From contig CAVTBU010000003.1 of NCBI GenBank assembly GCA_963733035.1, positions 21,635-85,634 on the forward strand: DNA of 64,000 bases, written 5' to 3'. The first letter of the stretch is position 1. Each line of letters opens with the position of its first letter. The notes under the pieces are model-generated. The model did no database searches and was not told the origin of the DNA. It worked only from the letters and a program-made list of their open reading frames with translations. Of the stretch, positions 62,832 through 64,000 are shown piece by piece. The translations under genes were made by a program, and so were the position numbers. Origin of the DNA: Pirellulales bacterium. GTDB taxonomy: Bacteria > Planctomycetota > Planctomycetia > Pirellulales > PALSA-1355.

Positions 62832-64000
62832 GTGAGTCAAGAAAACCGCCGAATTCTAGTCATCGACGACAACGAGTCGATTCACGCCGATTTTCGCAAG
62901 ATCCTCATGGCCGACGGCCGGTTGACCGAGGCCGTGGAAGATGCGGCGGCTGCCTTGTTTGACGACGACGGCACGCACAAATCTGCCCGCGTGGACTTCG
63001 ACCTCACGTCGGCCCGACAAGGGGAAGAAGGGCTGGCGCTTGTGCAGCAAAGTGTTGCGCAGGACCGTCCGTTTGCCCTGGCATTCGTCGACGTGCGCAT
63101 GCCGCCGGGTTGGAATGGTGTGGAGACAGTGCGAAGAATTTGGGAAGTTGACAGCCGCATCCAAATCGTAATTTGCACCGCCTATTCCGACTATTCGTGG
63201 CACGAGATGATTGACGAACTCGGCGAGAAGGACAATCTGTTGATCCTCAAGAAACCGTTCGACATCATCGAGGTCCGGCAGCTCACCTCGGCGCTGGTTG
63301 TGAAGTGGAATCTAGCTCAAAAGGCCAACCGCACCGTTCGCGAGTTGGAGAACATGGTGCAGGAACAGATGCGCGCCGTGCATAGCGCACAGGAGGAAAC
63401 GATCTATCGTTTGGTCAGGGCATCGCTGTGCCGTGACGAGGAGACCGGCTCGCATATCCGCCGCACGGGACTGTGCAGCGAACTACTGGCCGCGACCGCC
63501 GGCTGGGACGCCCAACGCGTGAATCAGATTCGGTTGGCGGCACCCATGCATGATGTGGGTAAGATTGGCATTCCCGACGCGATCTTGCGCAAACCCAGCG
63601 AATTGACCGATCAGGAAGTCCAGACGTTGCGCGAGCATACGATTTTAGGCGCCAAGATGCTCGCGGGATCCACGTCGCCCGTGCTGCGGATGGCACATGA
63701 AATCGCGATGTACCACCACGAGCGTTGGGACGGGACCGGCTACCCCACGGGGCTGAGCGGCGAAGCGATACCAGAAGCGGCGCGGATTGTCGCGATCGTC
63801 GACGTCTATGACGCCTTGACCCATGATCGGGTCTACCGCAGGGAAATGCCCGAAGAGAAGGTCATCCAGATAATGCAGGATGGTCGCGGCAAGCATTTCG
63901 ATCCGCGGCTCCTCGATGTGTTCATGTCCGTGTTGCCAGAAATGCGGGCCATCGCGCAAGCCACTCCCGACGACGAGAATGATAACGTCGTGGCAAAATG
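62832..64000 (+). CDS. Response-regulator HD-GYP phosphodiesterase (REC-HD-GYP), 3'-truncated by the window edge
   Basis: Absent from the ORF track because there is no stop in the window. From GTG 62832 the frame reads RRILVIDDNESIH...FVDVRMPPGWNG...KPFD...ETGSHIRR...MHDVGKIGIPD...HHERWDGTGYP...VDVYDAL...HFDP. Confidence 0.92.
   Translation, partial: MSQENRRILVIDDNESIHADFRKILMADGRLTEAVEDAAAALFDDDGTHKSARVDFDLTSARQGEEGLALVQQSVAQDRPFALAFVDVRMPPGWNGVETVRRIWEVDSRIQIVICTAYSDYSWHEMIDELGEKDNLLILKKPFDIIEVRQLTSALVVKWNLAQKANRTVRELENMVQEQMRAVHSAQEETIYRLVRASLCRDEETGSHIRRTGLCSELLAATAGWDAQRVNQIRLAAPMHDVGKIGIPDAILRKPSELTDQEVQTLREHTILGAKMLAGSTSPVLRMAHEIAMYHHERWDGTGYPTGLSGEAIPEAARIVAIVDVYDALTHDRVYRREMPEEKVIQIMQDGRGKHFDPRLLDVFMSVLPEMRAIAQATPDDENDNVVAK

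Noticed and set aside
50300..64000. Genomic island or mobile element
   Set aside because: Gene content looks accessory, but no integrase, transposase, tRNA or flanking direct repeat is visible, and I cannot quantify a compositional shift by eye.

Overview
High-GC bacterial chromosome segment. Gene content and protein style point to Planctomycetota, probably Pirellulales-like (inference from PQQ-like propeller proteins, Cys-rich small lipoprotein, Zn-ribbon SpoVG and Tat-exported Gfo/Idh/MocA protein). Positions 1-50.3 kb are mostly housekeeping and envelope genes: lysS, tandem lolC/E-like permeases plus lolD, ilvE, ispE-spoVG, purQ, PurS-fused purL, tyrA, rsgA, hflX, an RluA synthase, aroA, mutS, a putative three-gene membrane glycosylation module, an ABC exporter, a YdeP-type molybdoenzyme, a cold-shock protein and a stand-alone halogenase-like flavoprotein. 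Positions 50.4-64 kb look accessory: an orphan exported protein, a CzcB/CzcA-type RND pair, and the most interesting locus, an apparent operon of TonB-dependent receptor, YfiR-like protein, CHASE8-like/HAMP histidine kinase, REC-GGDEF-CBS protein and REC-HD-GYP protein (truncated by the window end). This looks like a re-wired YfiBNR-type trans-envelope signalling system controlling c-di-GMP. Nine genes carry single 1-2 nt frameshifts, mostly in G/C runs or GC dinucleotide repeats, most simply explained as assembly errors. No rRNA, tRNA, CRISPR array, integrase or transposase was recognised. All family assignments come from motif recognition by eye; no database search was run.
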